The notes beneath the pieces are model-generated. The model saw only the letters and a program-made list of their open reading frames with translations. It did no database searches and had not been told where the DNA came from. A DNA stretch of 64,000 nucleotides from Sporopachydermia quercuum (taxonomy: Eukaryota), in contig BCGN01000001.1 of NCBI GenBank assembly GCA_001599295.1, positions 2,356,001-2,420,000 of the forward strand, in the 5' to 3' direction. Below are positions 11,956 through 24,257 of this stretch, in pieces. The first letter of the stretch is position 1. Each line of letters opens with the position of its first letter. A program made the position numbers and the translations under genes.

Positions 11956-13230
11956 TTAGTATTCTCCTCTTTTTCTTAAATGTTTCATATTGTATAGTAA
12001 ATTTATGTTTTTCTCAACGCCTTCAACTAGTGATTCAGATGCCTTTTGGTTGATAGAAGACAATATTTCAGAAGTAGTGTTGACGAAAATACCTTTAGCG
12101 CCAGAAGAACTATTCTGAGTGTAGTGAAGAAGTAATGGTGAGATTTCTTCACTGTCATCAGAACGGGAGTCAACAGTTATATAAAATTCATCAGAACTAC
12201 TTTCAGAAGCTATATGCAGAATATTATGTTTCACTTCAATTGTTTGCTTATGAGTTAAGGTATGTCCAGTTAACTGCAAAACAAAAATTGCCTTCATTTG
12301 CTCTATAACCACCAAAATGAACTTATTGGATACGCCCTTGATTTTCAGTACTGCAATTTCATGCAAATCTTCTTTATCGCTATTTCCTCTAAACTTCTCC
12401 GGCACTAGATGATCATCTGTATAATAATCCTTGATCATATCCTTCATATTAAACCTATTCACTAGCTCTCCTGTTGTCCATTTCCATAAACATAAGTACT
12501 TATCACCACTTCCACTTATTAGAACTTCATTGGACCATCCAGGTAGATACAATGATGAAACGAATTGTGCATGTCCAAACAAAAATTTAGCAATGACATA
12601 GTGCTGAGGATATCGCGTAACTCTTATATGCTCGTCTCTATCTGCAGTTATAATATATTGTTTACCAGTTTGCTTATGCAATGCTACTTCTAGGAAGACC
12701 AACATGGAGACATGTCCCAGCAATGGTACCAAGGTAGATGAATCTTTGGTTTCAACAAAACTTTCGTTCTTGAGTGATAACTGAGGGTTGATACAATAAA
12801 CATCACCGAACTTGTCACCAATAATAATCTTTTCTGATTCTTTATCATAGGTAGTGGAAATCGCACAGGGTCTTTTTGGCAACCGCTGATAACCATGTAG
12901 TGATAGTGTAAATTTCTTTTCTGCAGAAACAGTTACCCAGCCACACTTTAGTACTATCAATAGTTTATCATCATCCGTAGTTAATGCTAAAAACTCGTTC
13001 TTTCTACTCAATTTTAAACAACGAATTATATTCTCAACGGGTTTCTTCTGATTCTTAGTTGTCGCTTTCTTCTCTGATGATTTCTGCAATTGTATCTCTG
13101 AAGTACTAAATGATCCAAGTTGGTTCCCATGCTGCAGATCAAATGCCTGAATTGTATTGTTGAATGCAAGATAAACTACTTGAGTATTATAATCTATCTC
13201 AAATAAATGAATTGGTACTTTCATCCCCAT
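11956..13230 (-). CDS. TRM82: tRNA m7G46 methyltransferase WD40 subunit
   Basis: LPKRPCAI, GDKFGDVY, LLGHVSML, IITADRDEHIRV, FLFGHAQFVS, C-terminal LRKRGEY. Confidence 0.92.
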   Translation of the reverse strand: MGMKVPIHLFEIDYNTQVVYLAFNNTIQAFDLQHGNQLGSFSTSEIQLQKSSEKKATTKNQKKPVENIIRCLKLSRKNEFLALTTDDDKLLIVLKCGWVTVSAEKKFTLSLHGYQRLPKRPCAISTTYDKESEKIIIGDKFGDVYCINPQLSLKNESFVETKDSSTLVPLLGHVSMLVFLEVALHKQTGKQYIITADRDEHIRVTRYPQHYVIAKFLFGHAQFVSSLYLPGWSNEVLISGSGDKYLCLWKWTTGELVNRFNMKDMIKDYYTDDHLVPEKFRGNSDKEDLHEIAVLKIKGVSNKFILVVIEQMKAIFVLQLTGHTLTHKQTIEVKHNILHIASESSSDEFYITVDSRSDDSEEISPLLLHYTQNSSSGAKGIFVNTTSEILSSINQKASESLVEGVEKNINLLYNMKHLRKRGEY

Positions 13231-13530
13231 GTCTGCTGCTAATCAATATTAACGAATGGCAATGTTTTTGATAACTGTACCTATCCTCAATCGTCTGATA
13301 TTAATGCTCTCTGTATAATTTTCAAACCTGTGGTACGAAAGAAACGTTACTTTTATGACGTTTGTCTATAGATCAAGCCTGGATTTATTTAATTAGAAGC
13401 GAACGAATTCAAAATCAGTAGACAATAGTTTTTATCAATTGTCTATCTTTTGTTTACAATAGCTCTTATCGTTGCATGTCTCTCTTACTTTCTCGTTTCG
13501 AGAATGTTATACTAATATACTAATGATCTT

Positions 13531-13543
13531 AGAAAAATTTTCC
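13531..13543. promoter_or_regulatory. RRPE-like element upstream of TRM82
   Basis: GAAAAATTTTC about 300 bp upstream of an RNA-processing gene; resembles the yeast RRPE TGAAAAATTTT. Confidence 0.35.
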
Positions 13544-14546
13544 ATACTAAGGATTTATTTAAGCTATAGGAAGGAACTTCTCTACAAAATAATGCATTGT
13601 TGGCCTTTTTTGCATGAATTTGCATAAGCAAGCGAATTAATGCATTACCTGGTGGAGGTCAATTTCAGTTTGAGTTGCTGATTTGATTCATTCACTGGCA
13701 ATAATAGAATTGAAGAAGATAGCGTGACTTTGATAGGTATTCTCAGTTTCACTTTCCAGAAAAGTTACTTTTTTTTTATATTTGTGCTGGTTGTAATCTG
13801 TCCAAGCCTCTTTGGTTCAAAGGACAGGTACATGGATCATTCACTATTAGACTTAATGCACCCTTCTGATGAACAGTCTATTTTCAATGACAAATACTCA
13901 TTCGGTCTCAATATCGAATACCGCACACAACAAGCAGCTAGCTCATCAGTAGCTATCAATTTTTTACAAACGGGATTTAGAAATAATGACCTCCTGATCT
14001 ATAGTTACCTCCTGTAGAACTAACATTATCTCGAACCTCAGGAACCAAATTATGCATACATATGTATGGATTGATGTATAAGCTTATATTCTTTTTTAAA
14101 TTCACATGTTAAGTTCGTCTTTCAGGTACTATTTTCCCTTTTCAGTCGAACAAGTTTTTAGGACAAACGACGTTTTCTTTTCTGATCAAAAAGGAGTAGC
14201 GAATGGATTATTTGAAACAAAAAAGAAAGAAATCTGTGAAAACTGTTGCAATATTAATTCCAAAGTGATGCTAACATTGTGGTGACATTAGTATTATTTC
14301 ATGATATCAACGGTGGTTCTTTGTGACTGAAACTTTTGTACATTGATCCGTATTGTTGAGTGATCTCTGAAGTATATATACATCAAGAACTGAGAGCAAA
14401 GGACAGATAAGACAAAGTAATTATCTATATCCTGGAAGAAATCTTAGGAGACGATAGCTATTTTACGTTTATTTTACTTCGAATTGGCTATTTTGGTATG
14501 TCATTAGAAGAAGGTCTTAGACAGTATATTGTAAGAAAATAGCCCA

Positions 14547-15537
14547 ATGGCAGAAGGACAAGAACTCACACATCCCACCATTAGAGATGGTTGGTTTAAT
14601 GAAATATCGGAAGATGAGTTCCCGGGTCAATCGTTAATGCTGAGAGTAGAGAAAATCCTGTTCCACGAGCGTTCACTATACCAAGATGTACTTGTATTCA
14701 AGAGCACTGATTATGGGAATGTTTTGGTCCTTGATGGAATCATTCAAGCCAGTGAAAGAGATGAATTTGCATATCAAGAAATGATCACCAATCTTGGACT
14801 TTTCAATCATAAGAATCCTAAAAATGTACTAGTTATTGGAGGAGGCGACGGAGGAGTTTTGAGAGAATTAATAAAGGATGAAAGCGTGGAATTTATTCAA
14901 TTATGCGAAATAGACGATGTAGTTATAAAAGCAGCAAAATTACATTTACCTGATATGGCTTCAGCATTTGATCATCCGAAGGTTGAAGTGTATGTCGATG
15001 ATGGATTCCAATTCCTCAAGAAACAGTTAGAAGCAAATAAGAAATATGATGTGATTATTACAGACTCATCAGATCCTGATGGACCAGCAAAAGTTTTGTT
15101 TTCGTCAGAATTCTTCTCAATGCTTAAATCAGCTTTAACCGAGAACGGAATCATTGTGAATCAAGGGTGTAAGTTATTTCTATTCTTAATTAAAGGTACC
15201 TGGTTTCCATTTTAATGCATATACTAACATTATCGAACATCTTTTTTTAGCTGAAAATATTTGGTTAAAACAAGATATCATAAAAAAGGTGTATGGTCTA
15301 TTCAAAGCAGCTTTTCCTGTTGTTGAATATGCTGAAGTAGGAGTACCAACTTATACATCAGGTCGGTTAGGTCTCTTTGTATGTGCAAAGAATCCTGATA
15401 TCAATCTCAGCAAACCTCAACGAGTTCTACCTATCGTAAAGGAGCGAGAACTCTGGAAATATTATAATTCAAGAATACATGAAGCCAGTTTTGTTTTGCC
15501 AACATGGGCAAAATTGTATATTGAGAATGCAGAATAA
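14547..15537 (+). CDS. SPE4: Aminopropyltransferase (spermine synthase-like); exons 14547-15168 and 15251-15537
   Basis: [10 protein letters not shown] and [10 protein letters not shown] motifs; intron 15169-15250 (GTAAGT...TACTAAC...TTTTTAG) restores NQGSENIWL; FPGQ, SENxWL and PTYTSG resemble Spe4 more than Spe3. Confidence 0.75.
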
Positions 15538-15740
15538 TTTGAACGAAGGAATAATAGAATGCCTGATGGTACAGTTACAAGGTTTCAATAGAAGCTGTGA
15601 ATAGTATTACTATTGTCTCAAGATCAAGAGATTTTGTGTCCTTGTAAATAGAAGAGATAGAGATAGATTTACATATTGAATGTTAGTGCAGTTTCCGTAG
15701 AGTTGAGAAGGATTAAAATAGCAGGAAGGCTATTCAATTT

Positions 15741-16625
15741 TCAGAAGCCAAATATATCATCAATTGCGTTGCTTTTTGGCTTCTTCTTCTTCCTGGTAAC
15801 TTTTGTTTTATCTTTTGTTTTCTTCTCGGTCTTCTTAACTTTCTTGTTAGATTTGTCAGGTGTCTTAGAAGTAGTCTTTGAGTCGAAAGAACTAAAAATA
15901 CCATCCATATCGGCATTTCCATGGGAATTAGATTTGATAGAAGACAACTTAGAGCTGGTCTTCTTTGTTTTTATTTCCACGCTCGAACGCTTTTCAATGG
16001 CTTTTCGGAAAGTTTTATACGTTTCATCTATTTCGTTCACAATCATCTTCCTCGATTGACTATATGGTTCATCTCTTTTTATAGATTCACCAAGATCCAG
16101 TCCATCTTGACCTAATTGCTTAATAAAACTCTTATCAGTGTTGAATTTCGAGATATCTTCAGAATGTATTTTAATCAAGCTTTTATCCAACGCATCCCAT
16201 TCGATCAAAGACATCAAACAGTTATAAATTTTACTTAATACACCTATTAACGTTAATCCCAATGGTACAAATTGACCTAACGCTATTATACCATGAAATG
16301 CTCTAAAAGCTCCAGGGATGATTTTCTTCATCATATACCTTATATTTGTTTCTATTTGAAATTCTATGCTTTGTTTATGGTAAGGAACGTGCTTTCTATC
16401 CTTTGATTGATGCTCTGCTGGTAGTGCTACCTTATCAGGAGTATACGGTAAGTGTAGTAGCGAAAGCAGATGTAATGTTTTGGCAACATTTCTATGCAGC
16501 ATTGATTCAAACTTCCACCACGTAGCAACATGATGTTGATTCTTGTTACGGTGGTGAATTAAATGAAGCAACTTATACTCCTTCTCAAGAGCAGTGACTT
16601 TATCCCGGGTCAACGCTTTAAGCAT
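15741..16625 (-). CDS. RMP1: RNase MRP protein subunit
   Basis: LHLIHHRNKNQH..WWK, AFHGIIALGQFVPLGLTLIG, Lys-rich tail ending IDDIFG. Confidence 0.85.
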   Translation of the reverse strand: MLKALTRDKVTALEKEYKLLHLIHHRNKNQHHVATWWKFESMLHRNVAKTLHLLSLLHLPYTPDKVALPAEHQSKDRKHVPYHKQSIEFQIETNIRYMMKKIIPGAFRAFHGIIALGQFVPLGLTLIGVLSKIYNCLMSLIEWDALDKSLIKIHSEDISKFNTDKSFIKQLGQDGLDLGESIKRDEPYSQSRKMIVNEIDETYKTFRKAIEKRSSVEIKTKKTSSKLSSIKSNSHGNADMDGIFSSFDSKTTSKTPDKSNKKVKKTEKKTKDKTKVTRKKKKPKSNAIDDIFGF

Positions 16626-17475
16626 GGTGTCATGGTGAACTCTGGCTATGAATTAAAGGGTACAAATCGTATTGGTAATATCTTGAATGACGCAGTCTTA
16701 TAATAAATAAAATATTGTTGCAATGGGAAATGGTAAGCAATAATGTGATGTGTAGATGAAAACCCCCTGTTGACAGGAAAAAAATATGACAGTGAAATAT
16801 GCAATGTATATGCACAGGAAAGCTAGAGTGTAAACCTAAAACTAGCCATTGACGGTTACATAATCCATATTATGGTTCTCTGAATTGAATAAAGTACCCG
16901 AGAGAAGGGTATCACAGTAATTTTTTATTGAATAATATCTCATAAAGAGATGAACTCAGAAACAGGGGGAAAATTAGGTGATGTGGTCTGTTTGGTCTGA
17001 AAAACTGCCAACAAAAACTGTTAAGATAAGATTGTACTATTCTCAGCACTCTTACATGCAAGTTCATGTACCTACATAAAAAGCTTAAACAAAAAGGCGA
17101 TTTGTTTAATTTTAGTTTAGCAGCACAGGGCAAAGAAAGCAGTCATAATTCAACTATGCATACGATAATACACGAGTAATACCGTTTTAATTATCACACT
17201 ATTTATTCTTGTTACTTTGTTTGAGTTATCGATTTTGAATCCAAATCACCAACACAATCCATCGGCCGTTGGTTTATATNTAATCAATGAGATCTCGCTT
17301 ACATGAACTTAATATATCTAGTGAGCGTTCTACCTTCCGAATTGGATAGCATTTTCTAACCTTAATTTTAATCTTATTTCACATTTAACCTTCAAAAAAC
17401 TATCAATATACATACTACATTAGCAATTAGCATTTAACTAAAAGTAAAAGTGAAAAATAGCATTATTGTTCCATG

Positions 17476-19662
17476 TCATAGAAACAAAGAGTTTANAGAG
17501 CTATCAGCATATGCTGAACCTTCCATACGACGCTTAGAATAATTAACAACAAACTCCCCAAGACTTTTCGCCGGTTCAAAAGCCCTTTCCAGTAATGTCT
17601 TACCCTCAGCAAATCCAATTTCAGGATCTGCGGGGACTTCAGACAGCAATTGAGTATTTTGGAATCCAATTTCCTCCTTGTCAAACACGTCTTCGTATTT
17701 CTCGTCATTGCTTGTAGTGCCTGGTGCGTCTCCTTTAGATGATATATATGTATGAACTTTGGCACATGCAACTATCTTCGGTAGTGGCAGACTGCTCTTG
17801 CGTTGACAATTAATCCATCCAATTGTAGAAAAGGCTCGTTGGCAGCTCGTTGCGCTTTTGGTAATNCCAAAAAGGCGAATAGCAATTAGTGCTAAGTTTG
17901 GAAGATTAATGTCACTACTCCAGAAGCTGATTGGATTTTGGGTTGGAAAATCATTTCTTCTCCGCAAGAATGTTTTAAACTCCTCCAGTACTGTCAGAGC
18001 GTTATTAATACTACCACCGTAGCATAAAACATATTCTTCTAGTTTGTTTTCCACTGCCGTCATTTTAATCTGCGAGAGTGCGAATTTATAACGGACATCT
18101 AATACCAGTGCTAAATAGTAAATATCATTATTCAAATAGTTTTCAATTAAGCTATCGTAACTCTTTGAAATTATTTGTACAGTATCGGAAGTTAAAAGAG
18201 TTGAATTTTGTAGTCCTATGGTTATTAGTTTAGAAGTCAGAATGATGCATTCACCGCTTACTTCTGATAAGTTTACTGTAGGAGACTTTGTAACATTAAT
18301 TGCATCATATATTGGTTCGAGAACACTCTTAACCGCCGTCAGTCTTTCCTCAAATTCTGGATCTGATAAAATTTTCATATCAGTGGGGAGAGTGATGTTA
18401 CCAGATTTCAGAGAATGAGACAAACTTTTGCAGTTATCTGCTAATGATGAAAGTGACAGATAAGATGATGCCAAAGTTGTTGTTCCCATTCTGGTGATTT
18501 TGGGGACCTCAAGATCAATAATAATATTATTCTCCCGTAGTGTAGATGATATTTCTTTTGAACTGCTAATTGCTTCAATTACAAGAGAAACATCCTTGAG
18601 AGTATTGGCAACATAAGAGTCTTTCAAGAGTGTTAAAGAAATCACATTTAGTGCATTTACAATACAATAAACGCCAGTGCAGTGCCTATTAGTCAAAGAA
18701 ACTAACCTTCTTAACCTTTTCATTTTGGATGATCCATCTGTAACTACAGCCGCTACCTTTTTCACACCAAGCTTGTCCATGACTGATTGCAGTAGTTCAT
18801 AAATTCTTTCTGGCGTTGCAGAGNAAGAATCTAATTGAATGGCATCATGGACATATTCTGTTCCATCTGGTGCAATTACCGTTATACCGTGTATAGATTC
18901 ATCAGGTTTCGTTGACCAGCGATCAACACTCAATGTTGTAAACGAATGCTCTTTTAATTCTTTATCAAGCTTGTCATTGATAATACCTATATATTGAGGT
19001 AAATATTTAGTGAGGAAAGAAGAGCTAGAAACAAGTTTGAAAGAGGGATTCAAATTTTTGACAAAATTCACAAATAATGAATTATCAAGAATAGAAAATG
19101 GCACTGGACTTNAAAGGATCAGTTCAACAAGTTGTCGTTCAGGTTGCGGTGGCCGAATGCCATGTATCTTTGGGGCCGAATGTTCAGACTTGTCATTACG
19201 GCGCAGTTGCTGTATATTCTTTAGATCCAATCCTCCATCTTTCGCCTTTTCACAAGCTAACAGATGAGGTATCATTGAACTAGTTGGTCTTGCTGAGACA
19301 ATTGTTTAACAGAAACTGCACTGAGCTCTAATCCCAACTTTCACATAGTGTTTCCATAGGCTCGAAGCAGGACGACCAACAGTTTTCCTTCTATTTCTAT
19401 TATTACTGGTCAGAGACCCAGGATTCTCTTCAAAGTTGATTGTTAGCTCGTTAGCACTGGTTTCTTGAACTGAATTCTCATCACTTCCAGGCGTTTCAGG
19501 ATTCTCAGCACTAGCGGATGTATTACGAGCTACCTCATCATCAGGGCCAGCGCACATGCTCGTTGCCGGATTTGGGCGCTGCCTTTTCTTAGGCCTTTTA
19601 TTGGAAACTGTTGAGTTATTGTTGTTTTCATTATCAGTGTTATTTAATCCTAATGAAGCCAT
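17476..19662 (-). mobile_element. hAT-superfamily transposase with BED zinc finger, interrupted by one in-frame TAA at 19306-19308; probably inactive
   Basis: BED: SSLWKHY...CSFC*...HLLAC; PFSILDNSLFVNFV; SVDRWS; VVTDGSSKM; LALVLDVRYK; FW...PNLALIA...SATSCQRAFS dimerisation region. The two ORFs in the track are in the same frame. No TIRs found. Confidence 0.88.
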
Positions 19663-21698
19663 TTTCAACAATTGATTAAAATGTAATGAATCCAATGATG
19701 TAACAATCAAATCATGAACTCATGTAACAAAATAGCATAACGAGAAATGGTGTGTGGTTCCCTAAAGCATAAACAAAGGGTGAATCAACATAAAAATAGT
19801 ATACTCTCTGATGGGTTAATTGTTGAAAGGGAATTACACTACAATTGAAAATGCAACAATTCTGAAACGTGACATAAACTATCATTGACTGTAGAAACAA
19901 AAAACTGTGCATAAATTGAATTGTCCTGTTTTCATGTTGAACGTGAGTAGAGTCAACAAGTGTTTTGATTACGAGATATGCACTAATTATGTACATAAGT
20001 AAAGCTTAACTCTATTTGAGAGTCAATTGCCATTGTAAAAGAAGACGGCTCATTAGTATTAGGCAGAGAAGAATTGATATATTTGATCAAGTATGCAGCT
20101 ACAGGTTAAGAGCTATTTCTAAATGTTTCTTTAGTGGTTTTCATCAATAAATAGCTAGTGATAAACTATAGTTTAGTATATTTAAAGCAAGGCGACAGTG
20201 ACGAATGTGGTATGAAGCATTGCTTTAGGGTGAATCGAGACTAAATTATTCTTCTTTATCTGAAAAAATAGCCAGGAGTGTGGACTAGAGAGCCCCTACC
20301 CCGCCCAATAAAATCTTCACCTGAGAAGTAGTATGCTAGAAGACCTCAAAAAAATAGACCATCAAAACAACAAAAGACAGCAATGTACTCTACTCAAGTT
20401 TCTTTCAACTGTAACCAATTTCATAATGAGAGGAATAAGCTTTTGAGTTTGACGTAGGGACTTATTCCTTTTACTGATCAATGAACCTAAAAATCGTGAT
20501 CCTCCGCGTAGATACATTGTAAGCTTCCAACAACAACTCTACTATTTTGCAAAATGACACATTTACAGCTCCATTTATCATTACATAATAATACAAAACT
20601 ACCCACACACAATTAAATTATTTGTCCGTATGTAACAGTAATCCGGTGTCAACTATTGCTGAAATCCTGCAATGAACTTGATGTGGTGAGTTTAATATTT
20701 AGTTCACGTTTGGACTATAGTCAATTTCACCACGATATTTAATTTCAGTTCGGGTTCTTTTAATTGATTTATGTCGTTCAAATTTCATTTGAATCACATC
20801 AAAATCAGCCACATCAACTATCTAACAAGTACTCCTTCTGCTGACCTACATCTTAGCTGTTTTTTGCAGGAAGTTTGAATAGCCAGCTGGTCATGTTCGC
20901 TCTGGATAGGGTTTAATACTGTAATTTATTACACTATCAGTATATTAGCATCAAAATGTCACGCTAAAGAGACAAATGATCAAAATGCATCTCTCTCAGT
21001 GCTCGAGATATTCTATTTCAATAAGATTCATTTTCATATGGTTTTCAGTAGTAATATCTACCAGCCAGGTTTCTGATTTGATCTGATGGGAAAGTTAACT
21101 CAAATAAAGTTCAAGATTCATGATTTGATTCTTCCTTTGCTGGATTTGCTATTCCAGTAACATTGTTTGATTTGTGGTTATTACTTGAACAAATACTCCT
21201 CATCGCTTTTTTTTGCTTTTGCGAATGAATATTTAAATCAGCAAGATCACCCACTTTTATTGTACTCTTTTTTCTTCTTCTTATTACTGTGGCTTGCCAA
21301 TTAGTAACCTCAGGTAACTAACTTCCTTGTGCTATTACTTTAACTGATCTTCGTTTGGCTAATCTCTGGTTGATTGCTTTGCTTATTTACATTGCTTAGA
21401 ATCTCTCATATCGTCCGATTGCATTGTGTCTTCTCAGTTGCAATAATACTTTCATTAGCTTGCCATCTACTGTTTCAATTGAGTCTACTAAAGTGCAAAG
21501 AAGTGACTAGAGTTTAGTCGAAGACAAAATCGAAATCAAAGCAAACAATTGAAAGAGAAACAAACACATTTCGCTGGTGATAATTATTGGTCAACTTAAG
21601 TTGGATTAGCTTTCTAAATCATAACTACTTTGAAATAGCAGCCAGAATTCTCAAACATAAACACCTTCTAGATCTGTCTAATCTTCTTAACTCTTACA

Positions 21699-23951
21699 AT
21701 GACGGAACAATTTGTTTTCAAGAAGGGTCTCGTCCCCGAATATGAAGCGAAAGTGCAAGGAAATGAAAAGCTACCACCACCAGTAGAAGCAAAAAATTAT
21801 CAAGGAAATCCTTTTGCAATTCCTATTTCCTATGTGGCTCCATTCCTATCAAACATTGGAACAGTTGCACATCCCCAGCGAATTCCGGATGGGACGACGG
21901 GTTTCTACCAAGGTCCTTTGAACCCTGTAGAAACCAACAAATTCTACACTAATATACTCTTAGGTGATCGTACACTACCTGTTTTCCCCACTCCTTATGT
22001 GATGTGGTGGTCTAAGGAGACTGGGTCTAAAGGTATGGCTGTATCGTATATAAGGCCAGAGCAAAGGGTTTTCGGTCCAAATCCAAACGCAAACCCTGTT
22101 CAATACTACTTTAACCCTGCTGGAATCAAATCAATTGTATACTCATCTCCTGCTTTCGATTCTTCTATGTGGATTACCATAGATTCAATGGACCAATTTA
22201 CAGCCCAACCTAATTTGAGATCAAATTCTGGAGGTTGGTTGTGGACACCATTGGCTCAAGGCATGGGTTTTACAACAGGAGTCTATTTCAATCTAGTTCC
22301 TCGCATAAACTCTGCCGTTGGATTTCGCTCATTTCAGCAGGTTAACTCTCCACGTTCTGGAGTTCAAAAGTATATAATTTATTTACATGATGGTGTCAAA
22401 TGGCTTATGTATGTTACTGTGCCCGAAGGTACAAATATCCAATTCAGACAAGAAAACAATAACAGTATTATTGGAAGTGCGTCACTTTACAGTTTGGTTG
22501 TTCAGATAGCCGTTGATCCAAGTAACGGAGAGTCTGATTATGATAGAACAAGTGGCATGTTTATTAGTGGAGCTTCGTTATATAGCAATTTCAATGGTGC
22601 TGACGCTGATTATCAAATTAACTACGCTACTCAAGGGGCAAATAATGCTGGTCAACCTCTGATTTTTGCCTTACCTCATCATATTCAGTCATTGCACGAT
22701 TCAATGAGATCAAAACAAACAAAAATAAATCTTAATACAACTGTCAGAGGTACAGCAGTTGGGTTTATTTCCAATTCTCTTGTGCTGAAAGAGCGTCTAC
22801 CCTTAGATATTATGTATGAGCCTTGGTCGTCTATTCCTGGTTGGCGACCTACTTTCACAGATCGTGCTAAGGCTAAAATTGTATCCGCTGCCAGGGTTGA
22901 AGTGGAAGAAGATGTTGAGAATCTCACCAATCTTGATTCTATGTACTTTGCAGGTAAAAAATTAGACAAGTATGCTTACATATTATGGGTCACAATGTAT
23001 GTTGTGAAGGACAATAATCTTGCTCGAAAACTTCGCGATAAACTAGTAAGAGCGTTTGATAGATTTATCAATAACAAACAAATATATCCGTTGAGATACG
23101 ATGGCACATGGAAAGGTATTATTTCGAGTGCCGGACTTGGAAAAGATCCAAATCTAGATTTCGGTAACACATTCTATAATGATCATCATTTCCATTATGG
23201 TTATCATATACATGCCGCAGCCCTACTTGGAAAAGTCGATAAAGACTTGGGTGGAAACTGGCTTAATGCTACTAGAAGAAATTGGGTAGACAATCTCGTA
23301 AGAGATGTTGCTAATCCTTCTTGGAATGATCCTTTCTTCCCTGTCAATCGTTCATTCGATTGGTACGTTGGACATAGTTGGGCTAAAGGGATATATGTAA
23401 GTGGCGATGGCAAAGATGAGGAATCATCCTCTGAGGACTATCATTCTGCATATGGATTAAAGCTTTGGGGTAATGTTACAGGAAACTCGTCACTTGAAGC
23501 TAGATCAAACTTGATGTTAGCTGTATTGAAACGATCTTTGAACAATTACATGTTAATGAGTAACGATAACAAAATTCACCCACCTCAGTTCATCAAGAAT
23601 AAAGTCACTGGAATTCTATTTGAAAACAAAGCAGATTATGCAACATATTTTGGATTGAATCCTGAATTTATTCATGGGATACATATGATCCCTATCACTC
23701 CTGTATCTTCATTGATTAGAGGTCCAAAATTTGTGAGAGAAGAATGGGACGAAAGAATTAGCAGGCTTGTAGGATCTGTTGACAGTGGTTGGAGAGGCAT
23801 TCTAATGTCAAACTTAGCACTGATTGATCCGGTTGGCTCATGGAACTTTTTTGCATCCGATGGATTCCAAAATAAGTGGCTGGATGATGGTGCTAGTAAA
23901 ACATGGTACTTAGCATACTCTGCTGGTGTTGGGGGTGCTGCTAATTACTAA
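21699..23951 (+). CDS. ACF2: GH81 endo-1,3-beta-glucanase with no signal peptide (Acf2/Eng2 type)
   Basis: ETNKFYTN, DFGNTFYNDHHFHYGY, GHSWAKG, DEESSSED, IHGIHMIP. Confidence 0.85.
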   Translation: MTEQFVFKKGLVPEYEAKVQGNEKLPPPVEAKNYQGNPFAIPISYVAPFLSNIGTVAHPQRIPDGTTGFYQGPLNPVETNKFYTNILLGDRTLPVFPTPYVMWWSKETGSKGMAVSYIRPEQRVFGPNPNANPVQYYFNPAGIKSIVYSSPAFDSSMWITIDSMDQFTAQPNLRSNSGGWLWTPLAQGMGFTTGVYFNLVPRINSAVGFRSFQQVNSPRSGVQKYIIYLHDGVKWLMYVTVPEGTNIQFRQENNNSIIGSASLYSLVVQIAVDPSNGESDYDRTSGMFISGASLYSNFNGADADYQINYATQGANNAGQPLIFALPHHIQSLHDSMRSKQTKINLNTTVRGTAVGFISNSLVLKERLPLDIMYEPWSSIPGWRPTFTDRAKAKIVSAARVEVEEDVENLTNLDSMYFAGKKLDKYAYILWVTMYVVKDNNLARKLRDKLVRAFDRFINNKQIYPLRYDGTWKGIISSAGLGKDPNLDFGNTFYNDHHFHYGYHIHAAALLGKVDKDLGGNWLNATRRNWVDNLVRDVANPSWNDPFFPVNRSFDWYVGHSWAKGIYVSGDGKDEESSSEDYHSAYGLKLWGNVTGNSSLEARSNLMLAVLKRSLNNYMLMSNDNKIHPPQFIKNKVTGILFENKADYATYFGLNPEFIHGIHMIPITPVSSLIRGPKFVREEWDERISRLVGSVDSGWRGILMSNLALIDPVGSWNFFASDGFQNKWLDDGASKTWYLAYSAGVGGAANY

Positions 23952-24257
23952 AGAAGGAAGGAAGAGAAAAGAAAAGATAAAGCTGTTTATGAGAGAAAAG
24001 ACGAGACGCTCTAAAACAGCTATTTTGTTTGATTTACTCGAGATGCGGGTTTTCCTGAGATTGATTTGTTTATTGTAATCTTTCACTTTGCATGAGTTTT
24101 CTTTACCTATAGGCCAGTTACTATATTAGTTGCAGACATGGCTTTTCTTAAAAAAAAAGATATAAAAAAAAAAAGAAGGAAAAAAAAAATTGTTTTCAAT
24201 TTTAGTAAATAAGAACATGATTTTGGGTCTTCAAACATCTTTTTGATACAACATGTA

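Noticed and set aside
13640..13680. TTACCTGG resembling the U1 snRNA 5' end
   Set aside because: It lacks ATACTTACC, and no U1 stem-loops are recognisable.
16800..20120. Candidate hAT terminal inverted repeats (TAGAGTG at 16824 vs AACTCTA near 20008)
   Set aside because: The match is only about 6 bp and there is no 8-bp target-site duplication.
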